Shown here piece after piece: positions 12,808 to 24,468 of a stretch of 64,000 nt of DNA; the stretch's first letter is position 1; the number at the start of each line of letters is the position of its first letter. The DNA comes from Schmidtea polychroa (lineage: Eukaryota): the NCBI GenBank assembly GCA_044892525.1, contig CM097887.1, forward strand, positions 56,110,001 through 56,174,000, given 5' to 3'. Made by a program: the position numbers and the translations under genes. The notes under the pieces are model-generated. The model saw nothing but the letters and a program-made list of their open reading frames with translations, searched no databases and was not told where the DNA came from.

Positions 12808-14097
12808 ATGTATAAACTTGATTTACCAGTTGATTTGAAAGAAGCAAATCAAATCGAACAAAGAAGAATTAAAGAAGAAAATAGAAAAAGCAGAATTTTC
12901 AATAGTAAAACTAGGCAAATTGGGGTGATTTCATATTTTTTGTTGCTTATATAAATTTAAATTAGATCGATACTAATGCTCTAAGTCAACAGATTAATGA
13001 AAAACAACACAAAGAAAAATTGCAAAATGAATTTGATAATTTATACGGTATAATTTATATTGAAAGAAATTTATTTTAATTTTTTTCTTGTATTATAGCT
13101 GCTGCTGCAATTAGGATGGATAAAATATGTCTATTGATGGAAAGACGCCAGCAAGATGATATAAAAGAACTCAATAGAGCTTTGAATGAGTTTAGACAAC
13201 TACATCAAAGACCTGAACAGAGAAGAGAATTTGACTTGTACGATCCTAATGGTTTGAAGAAAGATAAACCAGCAAGAGTTTCGGATGACGATCCTCGATG
13301 TGGAATTTCAAGCATTCAAAAGTTTGATGGGGAAGATTTGAACGGTAAAGGACGAAATGCTGTTCAAAGAGATCAAATGAAGAGATGGCTGCAACTTCAA
13401 ATTAATGAGAAGCAAAATGCGCTTGATGCCGGAAAGAGAGCACAAATGCTTTATGATTTAAAACAAATTGAGCTGGACCAAAGAGCCTGTGATTTATTAC
13501 AATCGGAAGAAGATTGCAGGAAAGCTATTAATCTAGCTCTAAGTAATTATAATGAAGCCTTACGACAAGAAAGAATTGTGAAAGAAAGACTTAAACATCA
13601 ACAAGAAGAAGACGATAGAAAAACTCACATAAGCAATGCTTTAATGAGTGACTTATTAACAGAAAACCCAAACCAATCAATATCTGCATTCGGTTCTCAT
13701 AGAATCATACCAGACAGATTTAAAGGAATGTCTAAAGAGCAGTTACAGCAAATCAACGCCACTCAACAGCGTCAAATCAAGGAAAAAATGGTTGCAATTG
13801 AAATGTTTTAATATGAAAAAAAATTTAATTTTTTGTTTTCACTTTCAGCTTGAACTTGAAAAAGAAAAACAAATCAATGATTTGTTTGATAAGCAAAGAA
13901 TTGCTCAAGCGAGATCGGGATTGTTAATTGAAAGAGAAATTTCAAGACAGAAAAATCAAATCGACAAACAACTGGCGGGAGAAAATATCAAATTATCGAA
14001 AGATCAACAAGAAAAAATCGACCATTTAAACAAAGAAGTTTACACCAATCAACCGACTGCCGCTTATTTTATGCAATTCAATACTTGCAGTCGATAA
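12808..14097 (+). CDS. RIBC2: RIB43A-like coiled-coil ciliary microtubule inner protein, 4 exons, ~379 aa
   Basis: Exons 12808-12924, 12966-13047, 13099-13790, 13849-14097 (1140 nt). N-terminus MYKLDLPVDLKEANQIEQRRIKEENRKSRIFN, core REFDLYDPNGLKKDKPARVSDDDPRCGISSIQKFDGEDL, and C-terminus YFMQFNTCSR are all RIB43A-family hallmarks. RIBC1 versus RIBC2 orthology is not distinguishable. Confidence 0.92.
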
Positions 14098-14157
14098 AAA
14101 CAAATGCTCTTGACAAAAAATATCTAATCTAAGATTTAGATTGAAAATTAAAAAAAT

Positions 14158-14171
14158 AATAAAATTTTATT
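14158..14171. terminator. Candidate shared bidirectional polyadenylation signal
   Basis: Perfect palindrome AATAAAATTTTATT gives AATAAA on + (14158-14163) and on - (14171-14166), inside the 118-nt gap between the convergent RIB43A and collagen IV stop codons. Confidence 0.4.
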
Positions 14172-14215
14172 TAAAGATAATATATAAATTTTGGTTATTA
14201 TTATTGATTTTGTGA

Positions 14216-17200
14216 CTAAACTGCGATATAGGCAGTCATTGGTTCAGTTCTCATACAGACTGAACATTTGGCAATTGTGTCTTGGGATTGAGAGGTTTTC
14301 ACATTCACTCCCGCTGTCATCTCAAAGGATTTCATTGGATTTACCACCGATAACCAGAAGTGTTTCTTTTCTTCATAAAATCCACAGATACCGATTTCAT
14401 TGCATTCAATGAAAAGGTGCTTTCTGAATTCCAACAAACAGCTTCCTGGAGATGAAAGTTGTTGACCTCCTCCGACTGCACCATAGCCAGTGTTCTATTT
14501 TAATAAAATAGAAAGAAATCCATTAAATATTTAGAAAATCAAAGATTATACCATAAAAAAGCTGTGTCCATTCCATATTTCTGACCACTCTGCGGGACAT
14601 CTTGGTGATGAGAGAGTTTGAGAATGGAATGAGTATAACTGCAATTCAATTTCAATTTAAATATTTTATCCAATGATAAAACATTACTTTTGTAGATGAT
14701 TCACATACTGCACAACGACTGATAAATTGTTCTACGTTGGTAACATTAATGTTCATTCCCATGTCCATTGAAAATGAGCTAGAAAGCCAATAGCTTCTGT
14801 CATTGCGAGTTGCATAATAGCAATTTTCTTCTTTTTCACAGAATACAAACGGAACTGGATTGAAAGTTGGCAGACATGATGCTGGGCTGGCTAAATCATT
14901 AACTTGACCTCTTTCGTTACCATTCATTCCGAGGAAAGAATACCCGTAGTACAATTCTTTTGTGTTTTTCGGACAAGATGGAATATTTATTGATTGACTG
15001 TGACTATAAATAACAAATATTGATTATAATAACTTTTATTTATATTCAGCTTACGTTGCAAAAATATAACCAGTTTTTTTGAGAGTAAATCCTTCTCTTC
15101 CGGGTTGTCCTTTTTCTCCTGGGTAACCAAATTGGCCTGTCATTCCTTTGGTACCAGTATTACCAATTAAGCCATCAGGACCTTCTTCACCCTTAAAACC
15201 TTTAAATGGTAGGTCTCCTTTTTCACCAATTTCTCCTTGATCTCCAGGAATTCCTCTTGAACCAATATTACCTTTATTAGGAAGATTTTCAAAATGAATT
15301 TAAAATTTAAATTGATTACCAGGGTATCCTTTCTCTCCCTTATTACCCATGTCTCCTGGCAAACCTTTCATGCCTTTGGAACCACTTATCATTTTTCCTG
15401 ACATTCCTTTTTCACCAGTTGGTCCAGTAAAACCTTTAGAACCACTTTGTCCTTTCATTCCACTTTCCCCTTTGAATCCAGTTGACCCAGTTGATCCTTT
15501 GGGACCGACCAATCCAGGCAAACCAACATCACCTTCAGTTCCTTGAAAGCCAATATCACCTTTAAATCCTCGGTTTCCCTATAATTTAATAAATTTGCAT
15601 ACTTAAGTTAATTAATTACTTTAATTCCTGTGTTTCCATTATCTCCCTTTTCACCCAAATCACCTGGTAATCCTTTATATCCTTTTGTCCCAGTTGAACC
15701 GGTTTCTCCAGGGAATAAAATTGAAAATCCTTTATTTCCCTTCATTCCTTTATTTCCATTTATGCCATGCATTCCAGTTTCTCCAGTTTCTCCTTTTTCA
15801 CCTTTTTGGCCAATAAGATCATCTCCCATATCTCCTTTGGCACCTCTTTCTCCTTGATCACCCGGAGTTCCAAAATCTCCTTTCATACCATTTATTCCAA
15901 CATTTCCATCTGATCCCTTATCACCATTTTCTCCGGGCATACCGACATTTTTAGGTCCTATGTCACCCGTATTTCCTTTAGGTCCAACTTTTCCTAAATC
16001 GATTTAATAAAAGTTTTTAAAAATCAAAGCGTACCAATAAATCCTTTTATTCCTTTAATTCCTTTAGTTCCTTGAACACCTTTGCTACCAACATTTCCTT
16101 GAAATCCATCAGGACCAATTGGGCCAGTTTTTCCTTTGGATCCGCGCTCGCCAATGGCACCATTTGATCCTTTAATTCCTTTGAAACCATCGTATCCTTG
16201 AGAACCATTTTCACCAGTCTGTCCAACCTTTCCAATTTTTCCTTTGAATCCATCTAAACCTTTATCTCCAGGAATACCACGAGGTCCTTCTTGTGCGCTA
16301 ATTGGATTACTGCCAGGTTCTCCTTGAGCTCCTTTTGGACCCTTTTAAATGGATGTTAATATTTTAAATTTAAATATAAAATATACGGGAATTCCAGGGG
16401 TTCCATTGTCACCATCTATTCCTTTAAATCCATCGGCTCCAAATGCTCCTGGTCTTCCTGGTCTTCCAAATGAACCCTTAGTACCCTTGTAACCTTTAAT
16501 TCCAGGTTGTCCTTTATCGCCTCTTTTTCCGATTGGGCCATTCATACCAATGTAGCCTTTCAGTCCTTTTTCACCTAATGATCCATCGATGCCCTTAAAT
16601 CCTTTATCGCCATTTTCTCCATTAATTAAATCTGCTGGTTGACCTTTAATTCCTTTTGCACCAGTTCTTCCTTTCATTCCAATATCTCCTTTAGTACCTT
16701 GATCTCCTGAAAATTTAATATATAAAATATTATGTTTAAATATTTAAAATACCCTTTTGTCCTTCTAATCCAGTAAAACCTTTGATAGATTCTCCAGGAG
16801 TACCTCTTGTACCTTTAGCACCTTTATTACCAACTAAACCATTATCTCCTATTTCTCCTTTGTCACCTTTATTGCCTGGTGTACCAACTTTTCCAATTTT
16901 TCCTGGGAAACCGATTTCACCTATATCACCTGGAATTCCACTATTTCCTTTTGCTCCATTTTGACCCTTATTTCCTGATACACCGCCAAATCCTTTGTTA
17001 CCTTTGATTCCTTTCAATCCTTCATCTCCAATTTTACCTGGTGATCCTTTTACTCCTTGAGATCCTTTTATGCCATTTTCACCAATATTTCCAACTTGAC
17101 CTTTATTACCTTTTAATTTAATACCAGGAAAACTAAGTCCTCCTTTAAGACCCTTTTCTCCAACATTTCCTCGTTCTCCATTAAATCCTTTAAATCCCTT

Positions 17201-20200
17201 TAAGCCTTTATCACCAATTGATGCATCACCAACATCTCCAATAACACCTATTTCACCAGATTCGCCTAACATACCAACATTTCCAATTTCTCCTTTATCC
17301 CCATTGAATCCTTTTGGTCCAGTTTCACCTTTTAAACCTCTCGAACCATCGAGACCAATGTTTCCTTTATCACCATTTATTCCTTTATCACCATTAGGAC
17401 CAATTAAAGACTTTCCATCATTTCCTTTCATTCCCATTAGTCCTTTTAAGCCTTGACTTCCTTCTGCCCCATTCATTCCTTTACTACCAATATCACCTTT
17501 GAAACCTTTGATTCCCTTGGATCCTTTTTCTCCTACATCTCCGCTAGCTCCAATTTCTCCAGTCTCTCCAGCATCACCAGTAATACCATCTTTACCATTA
17601 TTTCCTTTCCGTCCTAGTTGACCTGGCTGTCCAGAAATACCTTTTTCACCATTTTCACCTAAAATTATTTAAATATTTTTAGTTCACATAACAAAGTTTT
17701 TTTTACCTTTTTTCCCTGGAAAACCAATACTACCTACTTCTCCTTTGAAGCCTTTCACTCCTTTATTACCCTTTATTTGAGAGGTAAGTTGATTAATGAC
17801 GATATCATTTCCTAAATTAATTTTTAAATAATCATAATACATGAAATAAATTATTACCTTTTATTCCTTTAACACCTTTATCTCCAAATTCTCCAATATC
17901 ACCTGTATCTCCTTTATCTCCTTTTGGTGCATTTAGAGTGATACCTGGTTTTCCCTTATCTCCAGGCAGACCTTTATCACCTTTTGATCCAGTGAAACCA
18001 GTTAATCCTTTATCGCCTTTTAAACCTGGTTCACCAGTGTCTCCTTTACGTCCAATTTTACCACTCAATCCTGGTAATCCCTTTTCCCCAAATTCTCCAG
18101 AATCACCCTGGAAACCGCGTGGGCCCTTTTTGCCAATTTTTACATCTTCCTTAATTATTATTGATTTTCCTTTAAATCCTTTTTCTCCAAACTCTCCCTT
18201 TATTCCTTTAGATCCTTTTATTCCCTATTGAAAATATAAATGTTTTTACAAAAATACAAAACCTTTACCTTTTCACCCGGAGCTCCTGGTTGACCATCCA
18301 TACCTTGATTTCCAGGAATACCATTTTCACCATTTTCACCATCTTTTCCAGGAAGACCATCATTTCCAGGGAGACCTTTTATTCCAACTTCACCTTTGAT
18401 TCCTGGTAGCCCGTCAGGACAAGTAAAGCAATTTCCTTTATCTCCATTTGGCCCGACTGATCCTTGTTTACCTTCTCTACCGGAATCTCCAAAATGACCT
18501 TTTACACCCATAGGTCCCATAGGTCCTGGCTTGGCTTTACCAGGCTCTCCAATATCTCCTTTTATACCTTGTTCACCAGATTCACCGTTATCACCTACAT
18601 ATTATTTTTAATAATTTTTATGAGATTAATCATATCTATTTACCTCCAATTCCAATTGGACCTGGTGCTCCTCTTGGGCCCTTCATTCCTTTTGGTCCAA
18701 CCAACACTGGCCCACTATTACCCTTGTCTCCTTTATAACCTTGTGGGCCATCTGGACCTCGTTTTCCATTTTTACCAGATAATCCAATTAATCCTAAAAC
18801 ATTATGTATTATGAAAAGCTATATTTAACAATATCCAAACCTTTTTCTCCTTTCATGCCTTTAAACCCCTTTTCATCAATACCTTGAGACATTCCTTTAT
18901 TTCCTTTCATACCATGCTTACCAGAATCACCACTTACACCTCTTTTTCCAGTTTTACCTTTCTTTCCTAAAAAATTATAAAATTAGAATCCAATACAAAT
19001 ATCTTTATAGATATTACCCATTTCCCCGATTTCTCCATTATCTCCCTTTTCTCCTTGTTCACCTCTAGCTCCTGTAATACTGCCAACGATATCAACAGTG
19101 TCACCTTTAATACCCTGAATTAATGAATTAAATATATCTTATATTTGTTTCCAATCATACCTTCATTCCTTTTGGCCCTCTTTTACCTTCTAATCCTTGT
19201 TCTCCGGTAAATCCTCTGTCTCCAGAAGGTCCAATTGGTCCAGGTTTTCCAGAGAGTCCTTCAATTCCAGTTTTTCCCGGTGCTCCATTCAAACCTGGTT
19301 TTCCCATTTCTCCCTATTTTATTTAATTATCAAAAGTAAATTAAATTATAATTAAATTTACATCTTTTCCAGCATTTCCTTTTATACCCTTTGGTCCTTC
19401 AGTACCTTTAAGACCCTGATTACCCTATTAAAAATAAAATAATTATTAACTACATTTTTATATTACTTTAATTCCATGTTCTCCAATTTCACCACTCATT
19501 CCATCAACTCCTGGTAATCCTTTAACACCCTTTGTTCCTTTTCTAAATTTGGAATTTTAAATATTTCTGAAATTAAAATCCAAATATTTACAGCATATAA
19601 TGATTTGGTCCTTGAACTACCAAAACTGTGTATGATTGACCTTTTTGTCCTTGTTCACCGTGGTTTCCTTGTTTTCCCTAAATCAAATAATATAATATAC
19701 TAAATTAATAATTTATACTTTAATGGAAATATGCTCTTGTGGAAATCCTTTAGGCCCCTTGAAACCTGGACCACCGACTTCTCCTTTAGTTCCCTTAAAA
19801 AATTAGAAATTTAATAAAATATTATTTTATAGAAATTTTACTTTGTATCCATCTAAACCTTTATTTCCTTTCGTGCCAATATTCCCTTCAGATCCAAAAC
19901 TTCCCTTTTCTCCTTTCAAACCAATATCCCCTTTATATCCAATAGGACCTGGTTCAGCATTTAAAACTGAAATGCCTTTCTTTCCCTATAAAACAAAAAT
20001 TAATATAAATATTTCCTTGATATATTCAACCTGTTGTCCTCGATTTCCCTTTTCACCAACACTCCCAGGGAGGCCATCATATCCATCTAATCCTGGTGTT
20101 CCCTTTGATCCCTAATAATTTTAGAATTAAATACATTTTTAAATGCAATAAGAAATCCAACTTTAAGACCACAACATCCTTCATCCCCTTGGAAACCCTT

Positions 20201-20673
20201 GGGTCCTTTAAGGCCTTGATTCCCCTTGATTCCGTTAACTCCAGGTGATCCTTGGCGACCTTTTTCTCCCTATTAAAATTAAGATAATTATTAGTTTAAA
20301 CCAATAAAAAAATCTAACCGCCATGCCTTTTGGACCATCATCTCCGTCGTATCCTCTACTTCCCTTTTTACCAATAAGTCCAACAGGTCCAGAATCTCCT
20401 TTCATGCCTCTATAACCCGGTTTACCGGTATGACCTTGGATACCCATTTCTCCCTACACAATTTCAGTACCAAAATTTAATTTAAAATTATTATTTACCA
20501 CTGGGCCTTCTAAACCTTTGCAAGTGCAGCCAGAACATTTCTTGTTACATGCCTAAAAGGAATTAATCGGTTCAACAACATGAATTTCATCTTACTGCTG
20601 CTCCATCGGCCAAAATGTTGGAACATGAAATTATAAATAGAACAGTTATGAAAGCTTTGCTTAATAATAACAT
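14216..20673 (-). CDS. COL4A1: Type IV collagen alpha chain (alpha1-like), 26 exons, ~1762 aa
   Basis: ATG at 20673 with signal peptide [24 protein letters not shown]. 7S cysteines [10 protein letters not shown] and GCCG, a long interrupted Gly-X-Y domain including GNCFTCPDG, and a complete two-repeat NC1 domain ([44 protein letters not shown] / FHSQ..CP..W.GHSFFM..SPGSCL..FIEC..FWLS..KCSVCM). All 25 GT-AG introns (41-57 nt) keep the frame (5289 nt). The alpha1 versus alpha2 call is tentative. Confidence 0.96.
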
Positions 20674-21148
20674 GGTTAACTGATATAATTTCACTTGTAA
20701 AAATTTCCCTTTTTAATAAGTTAACTTATTAGAAATGAGAATTTGATAATGATAATTCTGAAAAATTAATTCCCTTTTATATAAAATTTTGCTATACACA
20801 AATCAAGAATTTTTACATCATGGTTTGATAGTTAACAATGATAATGTGTAATTTTTATGTGCATTTCCCAATTTATGTAAAATGAGTAATCAAATTTTAA
20901 TAAATTTGAAGTGTGTTACAAATTATTACTACTAATTAATAAATATCAAAATACAACCTAATTATATTTATTAATTTTTAGTTATTAGTCAAAATAAATT
21001 AATTAGAATCGTTTCATATTGTTGACAGTCTCTCGGACACTTTAATCATTGTTTTTAATAATCATTTTTAATCATTCATAATTTTCAATCACTTAAAAAT
21101 TTAAAAATCAAATAGTATTTTTAATAGTTTTATTTTTTATAATTTAAT
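20674..21148. promoter_or_regulatory. Putative bidirectional promoter between collagen IV and the EGF-ligand-like gene
   Basis: 475 nt separate two divergent ATGs. Inferred from geometry only; no motif identified. Confidence 0.4.
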
Positions 21149-21565
21149 ATGTACACAAACTGCTCTATTGAAGACTCTCTCGATGATTTCGGAGAGAAAA
21201 TATGCCTTCATGGACATTGCGTTTGGATGAAATCTTCAGAAGTGATGACTGCTGTAAAGCAGTGCTTGTATGTTTTTTTATATTGAGGTTAATTGAAACG
21301 ACTTTATTTATTTAAGCTGTGAAAAAGATTGGCAGGGTAAGCGCTGCACTTACTATGATCCTTGTGAGTTTAATAATTATATATGGTCAATATTGATAAA
21401 TATATATTTATTTTATCAAGTTCCCCTTTCACTTGGACATCCTTCAATTATCGCCATATCATTAGCTTGTATTTTTATTCTGTTGATTGTTTCAATAGTG
21501 GTTGTTTTTAAAGTTTTGTAAGTCTTAATATTTTACGCTTAATTATTTAAATTTGTGATAGTTGA
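21149..21565 (+). CDS. Small EGF-domain transmembrane protein (candidate EGFR/ErbB ligand), 4 exons, ~88 aa
   Basis: Exons 21149-21267, 21317-21363, 21421-21517, 21562-21565 (introns 49, 57, 44 nt; donors GTATGT, GTGAGT, GTAAGT). Spliced product: MYTNCSIEDSLDDFGEKICLHGHCVWMKSSEVMTAVKQCFCEKDWQGKRCTYYDPFPLSLGHPSIIAISLACIFILLIVSIVVVFKVF*. Six-Cys EGF pattern (CLHGHC, CxC-x8-C, WxGxRC) followed by a hydrophobic helix. The 3' end is uncertain. Confidence 0.8.
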
Positions 21566-21714
21566 TTTTGATTTTTTCAAAATTAATTTGTATTGAATGC
21601 CATATATAGCCATCTTTTATACTGGGTTTTAATTTAATATAATTATTTTGAATCTAATAATGATGAAAAAAATTATTTTATTATTATTATCATTATTGTT
21701 TTATTAATATTATT

Positions 21715-21722
21715 TATTATTA

Positions 21723-21772
<50 letters not shown>

Positions 21773-21786
21773 TTATTATTATTATT
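21715..21786. repeat. (ATT)n microsatellite
   Basis: Direct reading. Confidence 0.85.
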
Positions 21787-23319
21787 TAATAATTATTTCT
21801 CAATTTAACTCAACCAGATGTTATATATTTATTTTATTGATTACAAAAATAGAATTTTGGAAACTAAATTGAATTTTAAAAATTCGTTTTCAGAAGTATT
21901 CGCTTATTAATTAATGACATGTATTCGCGTAAATTATTATTGATTGGTTGTTCTGTAAGTGTGTGCATATCGTTTTTTATCACACACACAAACGCACACT
22001 GCTAAATACAACTGTATGATTAATTCAATTATTTTTAGGAAATTACTAAGATTTTAATTAAGTAACATTTCCCTCTAATCAGATTAAGGAACTTTTATTT
22101 TATTTTAGATTTTATTGGAAATAATAATTAATATAAATTGTTTTTTGTCAAATTTTTTTTTCATTGACGTAGCCAGGAATTTTTGTATATGTGGGGAGGG
22201 GCGGAGGTTAAGCTTAGCTATATCATATATCAACTTGAACATTTCTTTTTTCATTTTTGGATCTTTTGGGTCGTATTATGCAATGTTTACCCATTGGTTT
22301 GCACATATATTATCATAAAGTGGGTACGACAACGCTAAATTCTTTAAATTTGATCACTGTGAATCGTTAACAGAGATTATGAAATTTTATTGTTGATTTT
22401 CTCACTTTTCATGTAAATATTTCCAACCTATGACCTATGTGGTTCATTTGTATTGTTCTTTGTCGTTCTTTTGTGGGAATTGAACCCCATGATCCCTCCC
22501 CGATCTTTTGTAAACCCTTTGATTACTATAATAACTTAATGATTCTGGAAATTCAATAAAATTTTATCAGCAAATATCCACTACCTGAAAATGTCATAAT
22601 GCAACTGATTGACTCAGAAACAAGCTACGCAGCTGTGAAATATAAAATCGGGAAAATATTTTCATAATAATTAATAAATTTTGTCTACTTGGTTTTTCAG
22701 TAATAAATATTTGCCAAAAATACTAATCAAATCTGAATTAGTGTAATTCCCAACCATGTGCAGAATTTCTGTTCAATTTTCCTATAAATAATTAATTTTT
22801 TTTGTTAAACCTCGAAATTATTGACCGACTTAATAACTTAATATAATATCAGTATTGTATTGTAAATATTTTATTTGATATGTTCCGATACATTGCATAC
22901 AATGTATTTTAATGATATTTCTCTAGAAAACTTTAAACAATAAATCACGTGGTTTAACTTGAAATATAAAGCAAATTAATGTATTCAATAATTACATAGA
23001 AATACAAGGGAAACGATAATATTTACACAGTAGGATTTGCCGATTATGTCAAATTGGCAATGGGCTTGCGTTTTTCATGAAATAGGCAATTTTTTGTCGA
23101 GTTTACGTATTAATCATTTTCATGGATTCGGTGTAACATATATATTATTTTTAAAAATATACTCTCAAAACTTTGTAATTGATACCATTTCTCACTAACA
23201 AGTTTTCACTAGCAAATATAATCTATAATCATGATATAAATTCCAAATAAAACAGTTCGTTCAAACAAATTTTCTGGTGAAGGAACGTAATAATAAATAT
23301 TACAGAGAATTCTCGATAA

Positions 23320-23500
23320 ATGTCATATTTTATATGTTATTTTCACACTCAATAACTATTTTGGTAGCCGTCAAAAATGGATCAACTATTGATTCATTAC
23401 AACTCGATTACTGTAGGTCCTTATTTTTGATGGGTTTTAAAAGAATTGATTCACTTCTTTCGGCACTTGTCGAGAATTTACTGTATAATAAAATCACTGA
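23320..23500 (-). mobile_element. Possible hAT C-terminal dimerisation-domain remnant
   Basis: Minus strand reads STSAERSESILLKPIKN...IVIECE, resembling TSA.AERSFS.LKRIK...L.IE.E. Contains stops. Confidence 0.35.
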
Positions 23501-23789
23501 ATTTCAAATCAAATATAAAAAGCTTCGAGCGTTGCATTCATATTTGTTTGTAATATTAAGCCTTGTTTTTTATGAATGTTTGAGAAGTTTTGTTTATTAA
23601 TGTCCATGAGTTGTACGAAGTACACTGATATGACATATTTCAATGAATTTACAAAATAATTAGTTCCAAAAATCAAATTTAATCAACAAATTACTTCGAA
23701 AACTGTTAAAAATATAATTGTCTTATGATGAATTCTCAGAACTTAATCTTCTTAAATTTTCAGAAAGTCATATATTTTTATTTTTTTTT

Positions 23790-24468
23790 AACGAAAAGTA
23801 CATTAAATGCAACATAAACATTCATTGTAGTTCCGGACGTTCTGTAGTTCAAAATATTCTTATTTAAAATTCAGTAATAATCTTCAAATAATATCGAAAT
23901 GATTATTCGTGGATTCCGCATATTACAGAACGAATCCAGTCTAAATTCAGTAAAATTTAAAGTCTAACTTGAGCCTGTCCCTATTTATCCCGAAAAACAG
24001 TATAGCATTTTGTGGAAGCGTAGTTAAGTACTGACTATTCGTAATATATTATGGAGTATTTTAATATTTTAATATTTTATTATTATTTGTATTATATTCT
24101 TATTACGAGTATTATAAGAACTTTTTTCAATTTTCACCTCTGATTTCTTTTCAATTGACATTTTATTTATTAAAAAGTTGACTATCAATTAGTAGAGATA
24201 TCGATGTATTTTTTGATATTCACGAATTTTCGGCACAAACTTTTTCAAGTGATTTTAATGAATCGCTTGGAATCACTTTAAAAAGGCTGTGCTGAAAATT
24301 CGTGAATATCAAAATAAACATCGATATCTCTGCTGTTTCATAGTCAATTTTTTAATAAATACATTATTATTTTTAGTATTTTATATGTATTATATTACTG
24401 TATGTTTTTGGGGGGGGGCGCCAAAAGGTATCCTGCCATGTGCGCCAGTTATGCTCGCTATGCCACTG
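23790..24468. mobile_element. hAT-type MITE, copy 1 (carries a nested foldback element)
   Basis: Several hundred bp collinear with 31000-31415 (e.g. TTCTTATTTAAAATTCA.TAATAATCTTCAAATAATATCGAAAT, GGATTCCGCATATT.CAGAACGAATCCAGTC). Right end CGCTATGCCACTG. Confidence 0.65.
24114..24374 (-). mobile_element. Foldback hairpin-plus-tail element, diverged copy A
   Basis: Imperfect hairpin (GATATCGATGT..TTGATATTCACGAATTTTCGGCAC / GTGCTGAAAATTCGTGAATATCAA..ACATCGATATC) plus a one-sided tail. Absent from the related MITE at 30939-31415. Confidence 0.6.

Noticed and set aside
15349-20115. Plus-strand Pro-rich ORFs (15349, 15630, 16782, 17938, 18464, 19843) as antisense genes
   Set aside because: They are shadows of Gly-X-Y codons (GGN reads as NCC) on the opposite strand.
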